Position numbers and translations under genes: made by a program. A DNA stretch of 60,411 nt, counting the filler, from Sphacelaria rigidula (Eukaryota): assembly GCA_964200075.2 (NCBI GenBank). It is 7 parts of 7 records of this genome, joined end to end, with 100 filler letters (N's around TTAATTAATTAA, not from the genome) between each part and the next. Parts side by side here need not be neighbours in the genome. Positions count along the whole stretch, not along the records: positions 8,646 to 17,190 come from CAXNAA020010827.1; positions 17,291 to 25,835 come from CAXNAA020010828.1; 5 more parts are not named here. One strand, 5' to 3'. Under the pieces are notes generated by a model. It saw nothing but the letters and a program-made list of their open reading frames with translations, searched no databases and was not told the origin of the DNA. This document shows, one piece after another, positions 12,001-24,646 of this stretch. Position 1 is the first letter of the stretch. Each line of letters opens with the position of its first letter.

Positions 12001-15000
12001 GAAAGAACTGACGGAACGTTCCACACCCTGGACAAAAGACGTCATCTATTGCAATAGCAATATAATTTGCCGCAGTAGACGCTAATATTGTCGTCCGTAA
12101 TGGCCATCAATCGACATGTTCCTCTTTTTATTGTCATCGGCAATGTCCATTGGCGGAGCCCTTTCCCACACTATTGCCCGGGCAGCAGTCTATTATGGCC
12201 CTACACCTAAAACTATTGCCGCCGACCGGATATATCCATCAATAGCTTTTCAAATATACTGATGACGACAATGGCTATCGATAGCCTGTGTGCCGAATAT
12301 ACTGATGGCGATGGCTATTGATATATTGTGTTCCAAATCTATTGATGACAACGATGGCTATTGAGAAAGTGTGTACAAGATCTACTGAGGGCCGCAATAA
12401 ACATCAATAAATACACCCCGGAATCTATTCTGGTGTACAATGCCGAGCGATATTCTCTGTCGTGTACTGCCACACCTACAGTTCATTGCAACATACCATG
12501 TATAGAGCATATTTTACTCTGTTGAAGCACGGTAGGGAAGCCGCAGGTGAACATGCAGTGGGTATATTACAACACTACTTGTGAAAATGTGACGTCACGA
12601 TTCTGCAATTTTGGAGCGGTTGTATGATATCGGAACCCGCAATATGTATGGACAAAAGTTTACAAGGTTGTCGTTGGTGTGATGTCGGTCCTCAGGGTTT
12701 CTTCCTCTGATAGACATGAGCGCCAACGAAACCTTTTTGCGTAAGTGATATGTGCTTTTACCCTGGACAATAGACTATGTAATAGAAGATTGCGGCTGCA
12801 ATAGCCTCGAAAACTTGACCGTCAATGTTCACCATCAGTCATAACCGACCGGCATCACTGTCTATCGATAGCTATTGTAGGCGACAAAAGAAACGGGACC
12901 AGTCACAGAATGTATCATTGCCGTGACAATGTGGTGGCCACGTTGTCTATCGATACAGGTTATTTCTTCCAATAGGCTCTGAATTTCGGCCACCAACATC
13001 TATTGCTAATCGCAGTAGGATCTGCAACGCGGCCACCAATACATTTTCTTGATCACAATAGGATCTAAATGACGTCCACCAATATCTATCGCTAGTCACA
13101 ATATAATCTGAATCGCGACCACCAATGTCTATTGCTGGTCACAATACAATCTGAACCGCGGCCACCAATGTCTATTGCTGGCCACAATGTGAGCTGAATG
13201 GCGTCGATCACTAGCTATGTTCTTCGCATGCACATTGTCGGTTGATGTTCCTACCTTATTCCACAGAAGCTACGGCCAACTACCGCCTCAGGTAGTTGCG
13301 TGTTCATGTGTGAGGGATACTGCTGTTGATGTCATAAGACCACTGCAGTGAGCCATATATTTATCAAAACCTATCTTTGGCGTCACTGGCTATCGATAGA
13401 TGCTCCCTAAAACAATAGTTGTTGACGGCAATGATCATTGGTCGATACCCCAAAATCCTTTACCGGCGGTAGAGGCTGTTGATACATTGTTCACCAACTC
13501 TATTGATGACGCCAAAGGCTACCAATGGACGGCTCACCAAACTTATTGATGACGTCAAATGCTATCGATAGATGGCTCACCAAATATTTTGATTATGACA
13601 ATGACTATCGATGGATGTTTCACCAAATCTATCAAGTAAGGCAGTGGCTATCGACAGACAAAAATAATCTATTGCGGCAAACGATGTCCATTGATGGCTG
13701 GCGACCTTAATCTATTGTCATTGCCACAGGCTATTTATCGACTCTTGCAACATCTATTGTCGATTATAATACAAACCAATAGTTGTGTTTCACCATATAT
13801 TGTTCGACTGTGGAGGATACCTCTTTGCAGTGACATATGAGAGACTGATGCCACACATGTATGAAGAACCAGCGCAAGCAGGGACAAGGCAGGAGCGGTC
13901 CGGAAGGACTAGATTAGCGAGGACCCTGTAAGGTCGACGTAACTAGACAACTCGGGGTGATGCCAGGAAGAGCCTAGGATGAGTAGGGTCCAACATCCCC
14001 GGAGGTCCTGGTCGCCCCGGGCGACCACTTCTAGTCTGGCCCCTTCTTGCCTACATATACAAGAGGAAATCATCGGCAGCCTCGGAGTTCCTTCGGCACC
14101 AGGACGGCGGTCTCCCCCGTAGGTCTCTGACCACTCTAGCGATACGCCTTCCTCACACGACAATATATATATATCGATAGGTTGTCCCCCGCGTCTGTTA
14201 CTCAAGCAATCGACTACTATTGTGTCCATTGTCCAGAGTGTGGAACGTTCCTAGCGTAGTGAGCGTCCCCGAGAGATACCACACCGTTCAGTGCTGACTA
14301 TGATGCGAGATCACCAGCTTTGAAGGGAGAGAAATACGATGGCAGATTCTGGCCACACCACCCACCCTAGCAAAATCTGCAGCAAGCAAGCATGCAAGGG
14401 CTGAGTCTCGTGCTTTCAAGCTGACCTAAAAATCAGCAGGAGAGCACGAGGATCCTCTAAACCCTGAGGGCACCTGCCGCAGTGGCCGGAGGCGTCATTG
14501 CTTCCCAATACTAAGAGGACAGCAAGCGCTAGGTGAAATACGCCACAGTACTTCTGCTTTCCTACTTGGCACCTGATGCGGATGCCTTCCGTGGTATCAG
14601 CCTAACTAGCGTACCTAAAATAAGAAACTATCAAAAAGAAATCAAATACGAATAGACTCAAGACCCAGAAAAGTCAACACAAACGCGATACAATGAAAAA
14701 TTGATAATGCCCCATAATTGCCGATACCGCGGTCGACCGTTCGGACTCCTGGAGATGAAACCCAGCGCTGTTGTCCCGTCGACACGCGAAACCAACCAGA
14801 AATCAAGCCAAAATCAAGAACCAAAGGTCAGTAACCATAGCAATAAGAACTTCATTATTCTATCCTTGTATTTTAGCTAGGCTGGGGGTGTATTATCCGC
14901 TGGAGTTACGCAGGCTATGCCATTTCCCCACCCATGTCTACACACGCGGGGGAACCAAAAAAATACCAGGGCACACGCATGGTACATGTATACTTCATTC

Positions 15001-16644
15001 CAAGGCAAAATCACGGTATCCTACATTCCTCTCATGCTGGGATATTCCATGTCGAGTTTTCATCAGCCAGGTACATCCCCGAGCCGTACGCAGACACTTG
15101 AGGGACAACCATATCTACCAATATACCAGACAAAAAAAACACCGTATAACAACACAATACATCGGGGGAAGGGTGAAATGAAATGAAGGAATCTGCAAGA
15201 AAATGAAAGGCATGGGGGGGGATGGTGGGTAGTCCTGCCACCTCTGCCATGTTCAGCCCGGTACAGAGATCTGGCTACACGTCATGCCACCATTTACTCC
15301 CGCGAACTCTGTGTTGCGATAATCCGATCTCCAAACTTCACCCAAACGTCGGGCAAAGTTAGGAACGATTGCAATACTCCTCTCAATACCTGGGCATTTA
15401 TCTGGGTATTGTTGAGTACGATCTGAATACTCTATCTAAGTTTTGGGTACTGAAAAGTACGATTTCTCGAAATACCCAAGTGTAGGAAATACCCTACCCA
15501 GTACCCCCCCGCACGCTTCGTTGGAAGTGGGTGTATCTAATGGGAAACGTCCCGCCTCTTGCTCACGAGACGGCAACAACACGGTTCGTAGATTGCCCGG
15601 CCAGCGACATGAACACATTCTCGACTGCGCGCAGGGTAACTACTGGCCACCGTGACAAGCTGATCGCAGGTGACCGTCATGTCGCTCGTGACATACGATA
15701 CCACGGCCGGCTTGTCGGGATAGGGATGTGTGCTTCATAGGTCGTTGCTTTGTCGGCCGTCGCGGGTTTACCTCGCCCTTTATCTCGCTGTCGTGCGCGA
15801 TTATTTCGATGTGTTCGTCTGTGGCCTTACCTGGGTGGAAACGCTTCTCCTTGTTTTTTTTTGCATCCGTTGGTGCTTCCCTATTATTGTTGTTCTAGCT
15901 TGGTCGGTATGCTCTCCGCCGGTGTGATTGGACCAGCCTACACGAAATTATTTACAAATTGAACTATCCCGCCTTGCACTCGCCGTTGTGTACGCATGGG
16001 GTTGCTGAAAGGTCATGTGTCTCGACGGTGGATGGTTTTTGCAGCTGTCGACATGAAGGAGTGTCGATTGGCAGACAAAAATCAGCAGGAACAGCAGTGT
16101 GTGCTATTGTGTGTTGTCATCCCATCTATTGTGGATGTCAGCCTACACCTTTCGGTATATGTGGGCGCATCAGCCGGAGTCACACAGGAGGAAAGCCAAT
16201 ACAGGAGCTTTTAATTTTTTCTTTTGTTTTAGTACTCCACCTTCCTTCTGCGGTGCTCGCCTTCTTTTTTATCGCGAGAGGGGTTCAGCAGTCCCTTTCC
16301 CTCGTCGACTGTGAAGTCGATTTTTTTGTGTATGACTATTTTGAACATCAGTGGGCTAGGTTTTGACGATTTTTGACGAACTCTGTTGACAAATTATCAG
16401 GAACGACTCGCGCAAGTAAGTAGAAACCAATATTACGCTTCAGAATTTCCAACCTCCTGCTGTGTGTGTTTATGTGTACTCTTTTTTTTGTGCAATTCGT
16501 CGGTTTTTGTCACCTCCTTCACGTGCGTGCTCACAGCTATCCGGATTGGAACAAAGAAGCGCTGAAGGGGACTCTTGCGGCTGGTATTGAGGGCGCGCTG
16601 AAGAGCAACTTCACGTCGTCGGCCGAAGGTGCAGTGATGGGGCC
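9016..16644 (+). CDS. FHA-domain protein with a downstream winged-helix/forkhead-like segment (internal exons, partial)
   Basis: Exons 9016-9197, 10105-10307 and 16537-~16644 join in phase. WLTSRTPIKLGPAHLYFLLP resembles an FHA C-terminal strand. After a low-complexity linker comes EPTRSFDDMVSEAF...LLATDVLKWVEKS|YPDWNKEALKGTLAAGIEGALKSNF. Confidence 0.65.
9796..9859 (+). repeat. Retroposon 3' tail ending in (CAAT)n; also ~22900-22962, ~46070-46128, ~52607-52660
   Basis: GACCACGGCTGGAC...GGGGGTCAGTTAAAGTGCGACAATCAATCAATC occurs on four contigs. Confidence 0.75.
12022..14242 (+). mobile_element. Non-autonomous DNA transposon with 8-bp TSD (hAT- or P-like)
   Basis: TIRs CACACCCTGGACAA / TTGTCCAGAGTGTG. 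GAACGTTC flanks both sides (12014-12021, 14243-14250). The interior is made of ~40-bp GCTATCGATAG repeats with no transposase. Confidence 0.88.
13809..14157. mobile_element. Solo LTR (349 bp)
   Basis: TGTGGAGG...CCTCACA termini with 4-bp TSD CGAC. The homologous empty site TGTTCGACAATATAT is at ~34784. Confidence 0.8.
16120..16335 (+). repeat. Dispersed repeat; partial inverted copy at ~28005-28080
   Basis: TTCGGTATATGTGGGCGCATCAGCCGGAGTCACAC is shared. Confidence 0.65.
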
Positions 16645-17190
16645 GTACGTGTCCCGGTACCGCTTTTGCTCTTGAGGAAGTGACGGGCATGGCATCACAA
16701 TGTAATCGAAATTCGAATAAGCAGGGATTTTGAAGTGTAGGAGAGACCGCCCGTCCGTGAGCCGATCGGACCGGACCGTGCACATGTGTTCTCCGACAGA
16801 TCACATGCGGCGTATGTCTATCAGTGTGTAGTAGTGCCGGTGTAGATGAACAACGGAGAGAAACACTTGACATTTTTGTTGTTGGTGGTGAACAGTTTGT
16901 GCTGTTGCCGTCCCACCTTCCTTCAATCTTCTCGTAAACATGAGATCCTGGTCCATCCCCCACTGTCTTCTTTTGTGACGTGTCACGTCTGCTGTAAATA
17001 TGGTCATTTGTTTTTTTCATGTTTGTACTAGGCTTGGTCTGGAGCATCCTCTCTCCGAACGGCACACCCAGTCAGTCATCGACCATACATGGAATCATAC
17101 CTACAAAACGATGGTGGATTTCGCCTTATTTTATTTTCGAATGGCGAGCAAGCCCCCCCCCCACCCCCCCCCCCCCCCCCCCCCCCCCCC

Positions 17191-17290
17191 NNNNNNNNNN
17201 NNNNNNNNNNNNNNNNNNNNNNNNNNNNNNNNNNTTAATTAATTAANNNNNNNNNNNNNNNNNNNNNNNNNNNNNNNNNNNNNNNNNNNN
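17191..17290. other. Artificial contig linker
   Basis: N44-TTAATTAATTAA-N44. Confidence 0.99.
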
Positions 17291-18554
17291 CGTCACGAGT
17301 CGACTCATCATACTAAAACCAAGTAATTTTCAGACGAATCGATATTTGTCCGACCCTTGATATTTTGCCAAAACTATCGACGCTGGCACTTTCGAGTGCT
17401 AATGGAGAATACTGTAGTACGGGTATGCGAAAAAAACGAAAATAATCCATCCATGAAAAATGCTGGACGGAGGTCTGTGCCGTAAAGGGGGAAACCCATC
17501 ATGATCGTTTTTTTTAATAATTGCGTGCATATTCATTTATGTGAACACCGTTTGTTGTGAAAGCCGGAAAACTGTTTCACTGGACCAAAAACAGTCAATA
17601 ACACCCTCCTGATAAACGGAGTATCTAATCCGTATCGCCCCAAAAGCACCAAGTTGGGCACTGTGGTTTAAGCGCGGCCTACGCTTTCCCCCAAAATCTA
17701 CCGCCGCTGACACTTTCAAGTACTAATGAAGGATATTACTGGAGAAAAAGTAAAAAATGATAGTAACTACAGATTCCGCAGACTCTTGATGCTGAGTACT
17801 ACACCTGTCAATATGTGTGTACCGTGTAAAACTACAACATATGTAGTACATCGTTCACTGAAACAGTTAGTAGTGGGCGGTATGATTCGTAAATGTAGTC
17901 GACCAACGGTTGCGTTCGCAAGCAAGGTACTTACTTCTCAATGTGTAAGTTCTCGCATGTCGTCCATTGCCAAAGTGAGGCAGTGCTCGGCGTGTTGCTC
18001 TCCGCATGGTGTACCTTCCCTCCGCGAAACTACAGTCGTGTAAGCGTGCTGCCTTCTGCGGTGTGCAGAGGTCACGGTGTATAACACCCTCAATGATCGG
18101 TCACTCAAAGTCGGTTTTCTAACGTTGCTCGACTTTTTAGGTCGACATAAATTGATATTACTTTGATATTTGAACTTTGACAAACTTTTTTCAACAAAAA
18201 ATTGTCTGGATGGTGGTGTGATGAGAGTTTGAGATAAATAGGCTCAACTCCGTCCCCGAGGGGGTGTTATGTCCCGCCATACGGTACAAGAACATGACAA
18301 CTTTTAAAAGAGTACCAGAACCGTTCACCCACTCGCTTTGAGCTTTTGAAGACGACTCGATCGCCGAGCAGACAAACGCTGAACGCTCGACATAAGCCTG
18401 GGCGGCAGTCTCGGGCTCCTCGGAGCATGTTGGACTGTAGTAAATCACTTACAATTGGGATCTACGCTTGGTGAAACGGGGGTCGTGGGGGGGCGGGGAG
18501 TGGGGGGGGGTCCGAATTAGGATTTGTTCTTGGTTGACGTGAGGAACACGAGAC

Positions 18555-21500
18555 ATGAAGGGAAACAGGCAGCATGGAAAACGCGGCGTCCTACTAGCCT
18601 TCGCCGCTATTTTAGCGCATGAACTTAGAGCAGCGGGCAAAATATTTTCTCGGATGGAAGAGCCTAGCACACCACCATCATCGCATCTCGACGACAGCAG
18701 CAGGGTAGCGCTAGCAACCAAATTGAGATGGGAACGACATCAACAAGAACAACCAGGTGATCTTGAACTACAACATGAACGTCAACAAGGCGGATGTCTC
18801 AGCACGCCGACATATCAGCAGCATCGAGACCGTGCTCACCGCACGCGCAATCTTGCGAGTGTATGCGCGGGAGACCAACTTCCCAGCGTTTCCTCGCAGC
18901 GGTGGTTGCAGCGAGGGCGGTGGCAGCGAGGGCGGCGGTGGGACCGAGCGATCGAACGCGACAGCACAAACACAGCAGCATTTTTGCTCCCTTTCCCAAC
19001 AGGCTCGAAACGGCACAAACTTGTAACCGTTAAATCCGATGAATCCGCAATATCCACCGCCTCCATCTCTGTCATGTCGGACAGAGCCTGTCCGTTTTGG
19101 CGGCACGCGAGAGTTTCGTCAGGTGGTGGTGCTGTGAGCAGCAATCCGCATTTCCCTGTTTCTGCGCAAAGACAACAGTTTGGACGTGGTGGTGGCGTAG
19201 TAGCCATGAGCGCGAGGGTAGTAGGAGGTGGATCTGAGAGGAATTATTGCACGAGCGGTGATTACGATGAAGAGAGCATCGGGGAATTTATCCGACCGGA
19301 GGTGCCCACCTGGAGGTACAAGGCGGTCATTATTCCCGGGTGAGACAGGCCATAACCATTGACAAAACATACATAAAAGGTTGCCGGATTCTGCGTACGT
19401 TGCTCTTGCCAAAAAAATGCACCACTGTAGAGAGTAACTGGCTCACTTTCGATTGCAATGTGCCCCCAATCTCCCATTGTCTCTGCAGCTTCGCAACAGA
19501 TGCCCGGGCTTTTGAGAAACTGTGTCATCGCCTCGACCGAAGAGGGATAGCCAGCGTGGTTGTGCCTATCCGCTGGTACCACTGGCTGCCCACTTTGGGA
19601 GGAAGAAGTGTACGCCCGATTTTGGATCGGATACACGAAACTGTTATCAGGTGCACTGACAAGAGTACTGTTTTGGGAGCGTTCCTGTGCGTGGAAATAC
19701 TGCTGTGTTTATCTTGAAGCGTGCGAGAGCGTTTTTCATCTATATACTAATCGGATATTTAGAGTACACACAGTGGGATGAAGATTCCTTCCCAGCTTCG
19801 CTCCACTTCACACGATGCGACCAGAAAATATGGTGCCGCTTGAAAAGATTCTTTCATGGGACTAGAAACTGGGGAAGAATGTGGCGGTAAAGTTTCCATG
19901 GATTGATGGGCGACAATTTGGGACGTTTTTGATGGTGTCTGGTCCAAACTCCCAACGGACAACAGTGCTCCAAAGGTGCAACAGCAGCATTACCATACTC
20001 GTAATGCAGTTGGGAATATTAGAAACAGGGTGTAATGGCATTTGTTTCGTATTGACATGAATGTGCTGAAAGCTTGCGCATGACAATGTGACTTGTCCCT
20101 ACCGTGTTTTTTTCGAAACCGAGGTTGGCAAGATGGGATTTCATTTTTTCTCCGGAAGAAAGCACACGAAAAAGCTGTTTGCTCCACAATCAAAGAACAG
20201 CCAATCATCGAATTTGAGGATGGAGCTTTTCATTGAGAATAAGAACCAGGAGGATTAAAATCTTCGTATCCACACCAAATCTTTGAGATATGGTTCCATT
20301 GTTTCACCTACTGGCAGCTATTGAAAACTGCTACACACCCTAAATATTTGGACTTCGATTACCGAAATGTCGGGATCTTAGACGAAGAGAAAAAATTGGG
20401 AATTCAGGTGATTCCGTCGGATCGCCGTAATTCCCCAAAATTGGCTTTTCACCTTGGACCCCAACATTTCGGTTACCAGAATCCAACATTGTAACATTGT
20501 AGGGCATGTAGCAGTTGCCAATAGCTGCCAGTGTGCGAGAAAATGGAAACATAGTTCGAAGATATGGTGTGGGTACGAAGATTTGAATCCTCCGGGTTCT
20601 CATCCTCAATGAAAAGCTTCATCCTCAATTCCGATGATCGGCTGTTAAAGGGCCATGTTGACCAAGACCAGCTTTGACGGGATGATTTTATCACTACGAA
20701 CCGTAGATACGAACGACCCATGTCTCCTTACCGTGATACGAGCTGTGCTGCGCCTGGAAACTAATGCTGCATGTCGTGTTCGGAGGGAATGCGAGAAACA
20801 TCTACACACATACATATAGTCAACATTATGCACAGAATTCCCCAAGTTTCATACACTAGATAGACCCAGAGCTTGGCTTTCGCCCAGCAGGCAACGTCAT
20901 GCCTGGTTTGAAGGTAATATATTTAATATTCCGGAAGCTACGGCATCCTGCGTGTGCTGCTGGGACAGAGAGAATTGGAGTCTTCGTACCGACTGTACTC
21001 TACTGTAGTGTTCATATTGTCGTAGAAACACACAATGCTATAAACTATTTGGGGCGGCACTCGTCACAGAGGGCATTTTTGAGCTGCTCGTGAAATTGAA
21101 ACAGATGTCAGCCAACAGATGTCAGCCAACCTTTCAGCCATGTTGGAGAACGTAGACAGGGGTATGCTACCAGTAGCAGTGATACAAGGCCCCAGTTCGC
21201 TGGGATATTAGAGCGCTTGCTCCGTACGATGATAAAAGGCGTGTTGTTTAAGCAATTAGGTTGTATGTTGTGTTTCGCTGATGGGCAGGGTGGCGTCGGG
21301 CGGCACAATGGGCTTTCCAAGAGCCTAATGTACCGCATATCTGTCGTAATTAAGTTTTTTCACCCCGAGTCCTAAACAAAAAAAATGACCAAAATCGCCG
21401 ACAGGGCGCCTGGGGTTAGAGAAAAGGATGGCCTCCTGTGAGGTGAGAGACGGAGAAATTTGAACTGTTGTCAGCATCCAGACCTTGAAACGTTTTCTTC

Positions 21501-23418
21501 TTGGGGGATGTACAAATGATACGTGACCAAAGTTGTACTTTTTTTTTTTTCTGTACACGCTAGAATCTAAGAACATGGCCTCTTGTATGGGATTGCAACG
21601 TAGGTGAACAGGAAGAGAATGTCGCAGAAGAGTCAAAATTTTACTCACATATCCAGTTGGATCATGATCGTTGTTTTGTTTTGTTTTTCCGTCACGGAAA
21701 TAAACTCAACTGTGTTATGTTTTTTTCATCAACTGGGCGTGTCGAAGATAAGCAATGCTAATGACTCTCGAGCACCGTATATCCCCTGTGCCGTGGATCC
21801 ACGTGAGTTCTCGCGTGCGCAAGATAATGACGAACCCAAAGTACTTAATTCATCCCTGTCTCTCAGACAAACAAATTGACCTGACTCGGTTCTTGCCGCA
21901 GACATTTTGTGTAGTACTCTTGTCTGTGAGGCTAGAAACACTGGATTTTGCGAGAGCCATCCCGCGGAAACTTGCCGGGAAGAGATGAGGGATACTATTG
22001 GTCGAGAAAACGGAGCTCCTGGGTACGGTAGACTGCGATGCATTGGTTTACGTGCATTTTCAAGGAGTGAAGCCTCGCCAACCTAGGTACCGACATATCA
22101 CTGACGATCGACATATACACCACCCTTACGAGAAGTAGAAGCCTCCTTCATACCCTAAGCAAATTTTAGATGTAGCTATTGTCGAGAGACTATTTTTTCG
22201 AACCCTCGGTCCCTCTCAATACCGCGGGATGACTCACGAACGTTTCTGTCCCGCTTTTGTGTGTGTATGCATGTGTGCGTGTCGTGCCGCTTGCACTGTG
22301 TTAACTTTTCAAAAATGGTGATAAACAAAGGTGCGTGGCGGCCAAGGCGCACGCGGATTTGCCATACGCCTTCAATGAGCCTGGTCTGCAGAACAAGGTT
22401 GCTCCGTACACGACGCAGGATTTCTTGGCGGAGATGTCTGACCCTAAGGTGCGCCAACTTGCTCAGGCTTGGTTTGTGGAGTTTTGCTGTCTGCCGCGGT
22501 CAGTTTTTTTGCTGCTGTGTCTGTCTTCGGCCCGGTTTCGTTTCATTTTTGATCGTTATATCTTGCGTTGCTCTGAGTGCGGTTTGCTGCTCTCGTGTGA
22601 CTCGAAGCTTCGTGCTGTACTTCTTGTTACAGCCCTACCCCGACTACGCTGCCCTCATTTTTCTCGTTTTGCTGCGTGTTTTCTTGGTTCCCACTCGTCG
22701 GCTTGATTTGCTGTACTCGCATCTTGCTCCGTTTTCTTGCCGTCTTTTGCTTCTACCTATGCAAATATTTCCGATTGTATCTCGTTCTTGTTCAGTTGAG
22801 TCCGTTTTCTCCCTCTGTCTTTGTTTTCTCCTTTCGTCGAAAGTGTTCAACAGTTGTTTCCATTTTGTTCAACCTGCGTACGTCAATATTGTGGACAATG
22901 ACCACGGCTGGATCATGACTACCTCGGGGATCAGTTGAAACGTCTCAGCCAATCAATCAATCGACTGATCGAGCAATCGGTCTTACGTGCGTGTGTGCAC
23001 GTCTACCCCGCTTGTGTGATGACCCTGGTGCATTAGGTTGTCAGTCAACCGGAAAGGAAATAATATTGACGCCCCGCGAACACCCCGAGCACGACGCATG
23101 AAGAATCAGTTTATGACCGAGATGTACGTGAACAAAAGATGCACGTGAACTATCTTTTGAGGAGATATATTTGATATGGTCGATTTTGAGTCAATCAAAA
23201 TGTGGTGTCTTGTAATGTCCCACTCTCTGTCTCTGTCCCGCTCGTCGTCGCACGGGCGGACCGCCTTCGCCTACAACGCTATTGCAGAAAGGCGCCCACC
23301 ACATGGGTCCCATGAACCTACCGCTTGTCCCTGCCACACCGGACGCGGATGAACGGGTGATCATCATCGCTCACTCCGCGGGTGGCTGGATGTCCAGGAT
23401 TTACCTGTCTCAGGCATG
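18555..23418 (+). CDS. Alpha/beta hydrolase (lipase/esterase, PGAP1-like, cyanobacterial/plastid type), 3' partial
   Basis: Exons 18555-19339 (start uncertain), 19489-19650, 22331-22448 and 23288-23418 are phase-consistent: KAVIIPG|FATD...WLPTLGGRSVRPILDRI...|...ERVIIIAHSAGGWMSRIYL, which contains the nucleophile elbow. Confidence 0.85.
20196..20646. mobile_element. Foldback element/MITE with ~150-bp TIRs
   Basis: AACAGCCAATCATCG... / ...CGATGATCGGCTGTT long imperfect inverted arms, with AAAG on both flanks. Confidence 0.82.
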
Positions 23419-24646
23419 GTGAGTTCCGAGCACCATCGGTCATCACAATACACAGGAGTCACACCAGAAACGAACGTACAGTAGGTAGTTAAAGGTGTAG
23501 GGTGCATTATTGCGGGGGAAAGCAGAAGAGGGTTCCATGGGTGTGCCGTGCAACCCAACCCTCACCCGCACTTCCTTGTGGGTATTTTCATAGGGAAAGC
23601 TTTGTCAAACACGCGGTGTGCATGCGTGTATCCTGTTTCTACCAGGAAGGTCGAATAATGAATGAGCGGCTTTTCTACCGCGACGCGTCCATGTAACGTC
23701 TGCTTGGTGCAAGGAGTGGCTCATCCCGTAGATTGCGTCATCGTTGCTCACTCAGAGTGCGGGTTTTTCACCCCGAAGCGTACCACCATTTTACTCGAAA
23801 CTTGATTGGAATGTCATATTTGGGGCACTTGCTGCTGTATTGATATCACGCACCAATGTAGAGTATGTATATAGAATATTTAGAAGTCACGAGCGTGAAG
23901 CATACTTCGTAACGAGGCGTCCACGAGATCTACTGCTGATTTTAGTGTGCAAGTTCCTCCGCTCCCGCCCCGGGAGATGACTGTTCGAGCTAATGCCAAT
24001 ACTAGGGATCCGGTTAGCGGATTCGTGCTTTACTTTGTGCGGGGGTACGCATGCGTTCGCGACCGTTCGAACGGACGTGCGATCGCGGTGGTCCTGCAAT
24101 GCTTCCGGCGGGCATGAACATTTCGATAGAGGATCTATTCTCACGAGGGCTTGGCAAGGCAACAATAGCTTCCTCTGCTTCGAAATCGAACAACGGTTCC
24201 CGGCGCAGCATCAGCTACATCTCTGAGCCTTGGGCAGTCGAAGTTTCAGAACAGACTCGCTACCAAGGTATCTGTAACCCTACGCTAGTTGTCTTGATCC
24301 ACAGATCTCTTCGTGATTTTCTTTCCCAGTGGAATAATGTACCGCTTACGAATATCGAGGTAAAAACAGAGGTTGGTTATAGTGTGGAAGTATGTGTATA
24401 AATTTCATCGTACGTCAAAGTGGGGCATGTAAATGCTTCCTCAGTGTGATCGCGAGCCATTTTGACGCGTGCAGCGCGTATCCCCCTCCCCCCAACGCGT
24501 CTGATGTAGGGTCACCCACAAAAGGCCGCAATGACTCAAGGAGCGCCCCCTCTGCGCAGCAAGCAATATTTTTTAGTTTCCAATTTCGATGCCGATGTTT
24601 GATGCCAATGTGAATATTCGGTAGCTTGATTAATTATCATATACTG

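Noticed and set aside
22261..22938. 225-aa hydrophobic ORF as a membrane protein
   Set aside because: It is T-rich intron sequence, and the real exon (22331-22448) is in another frame.
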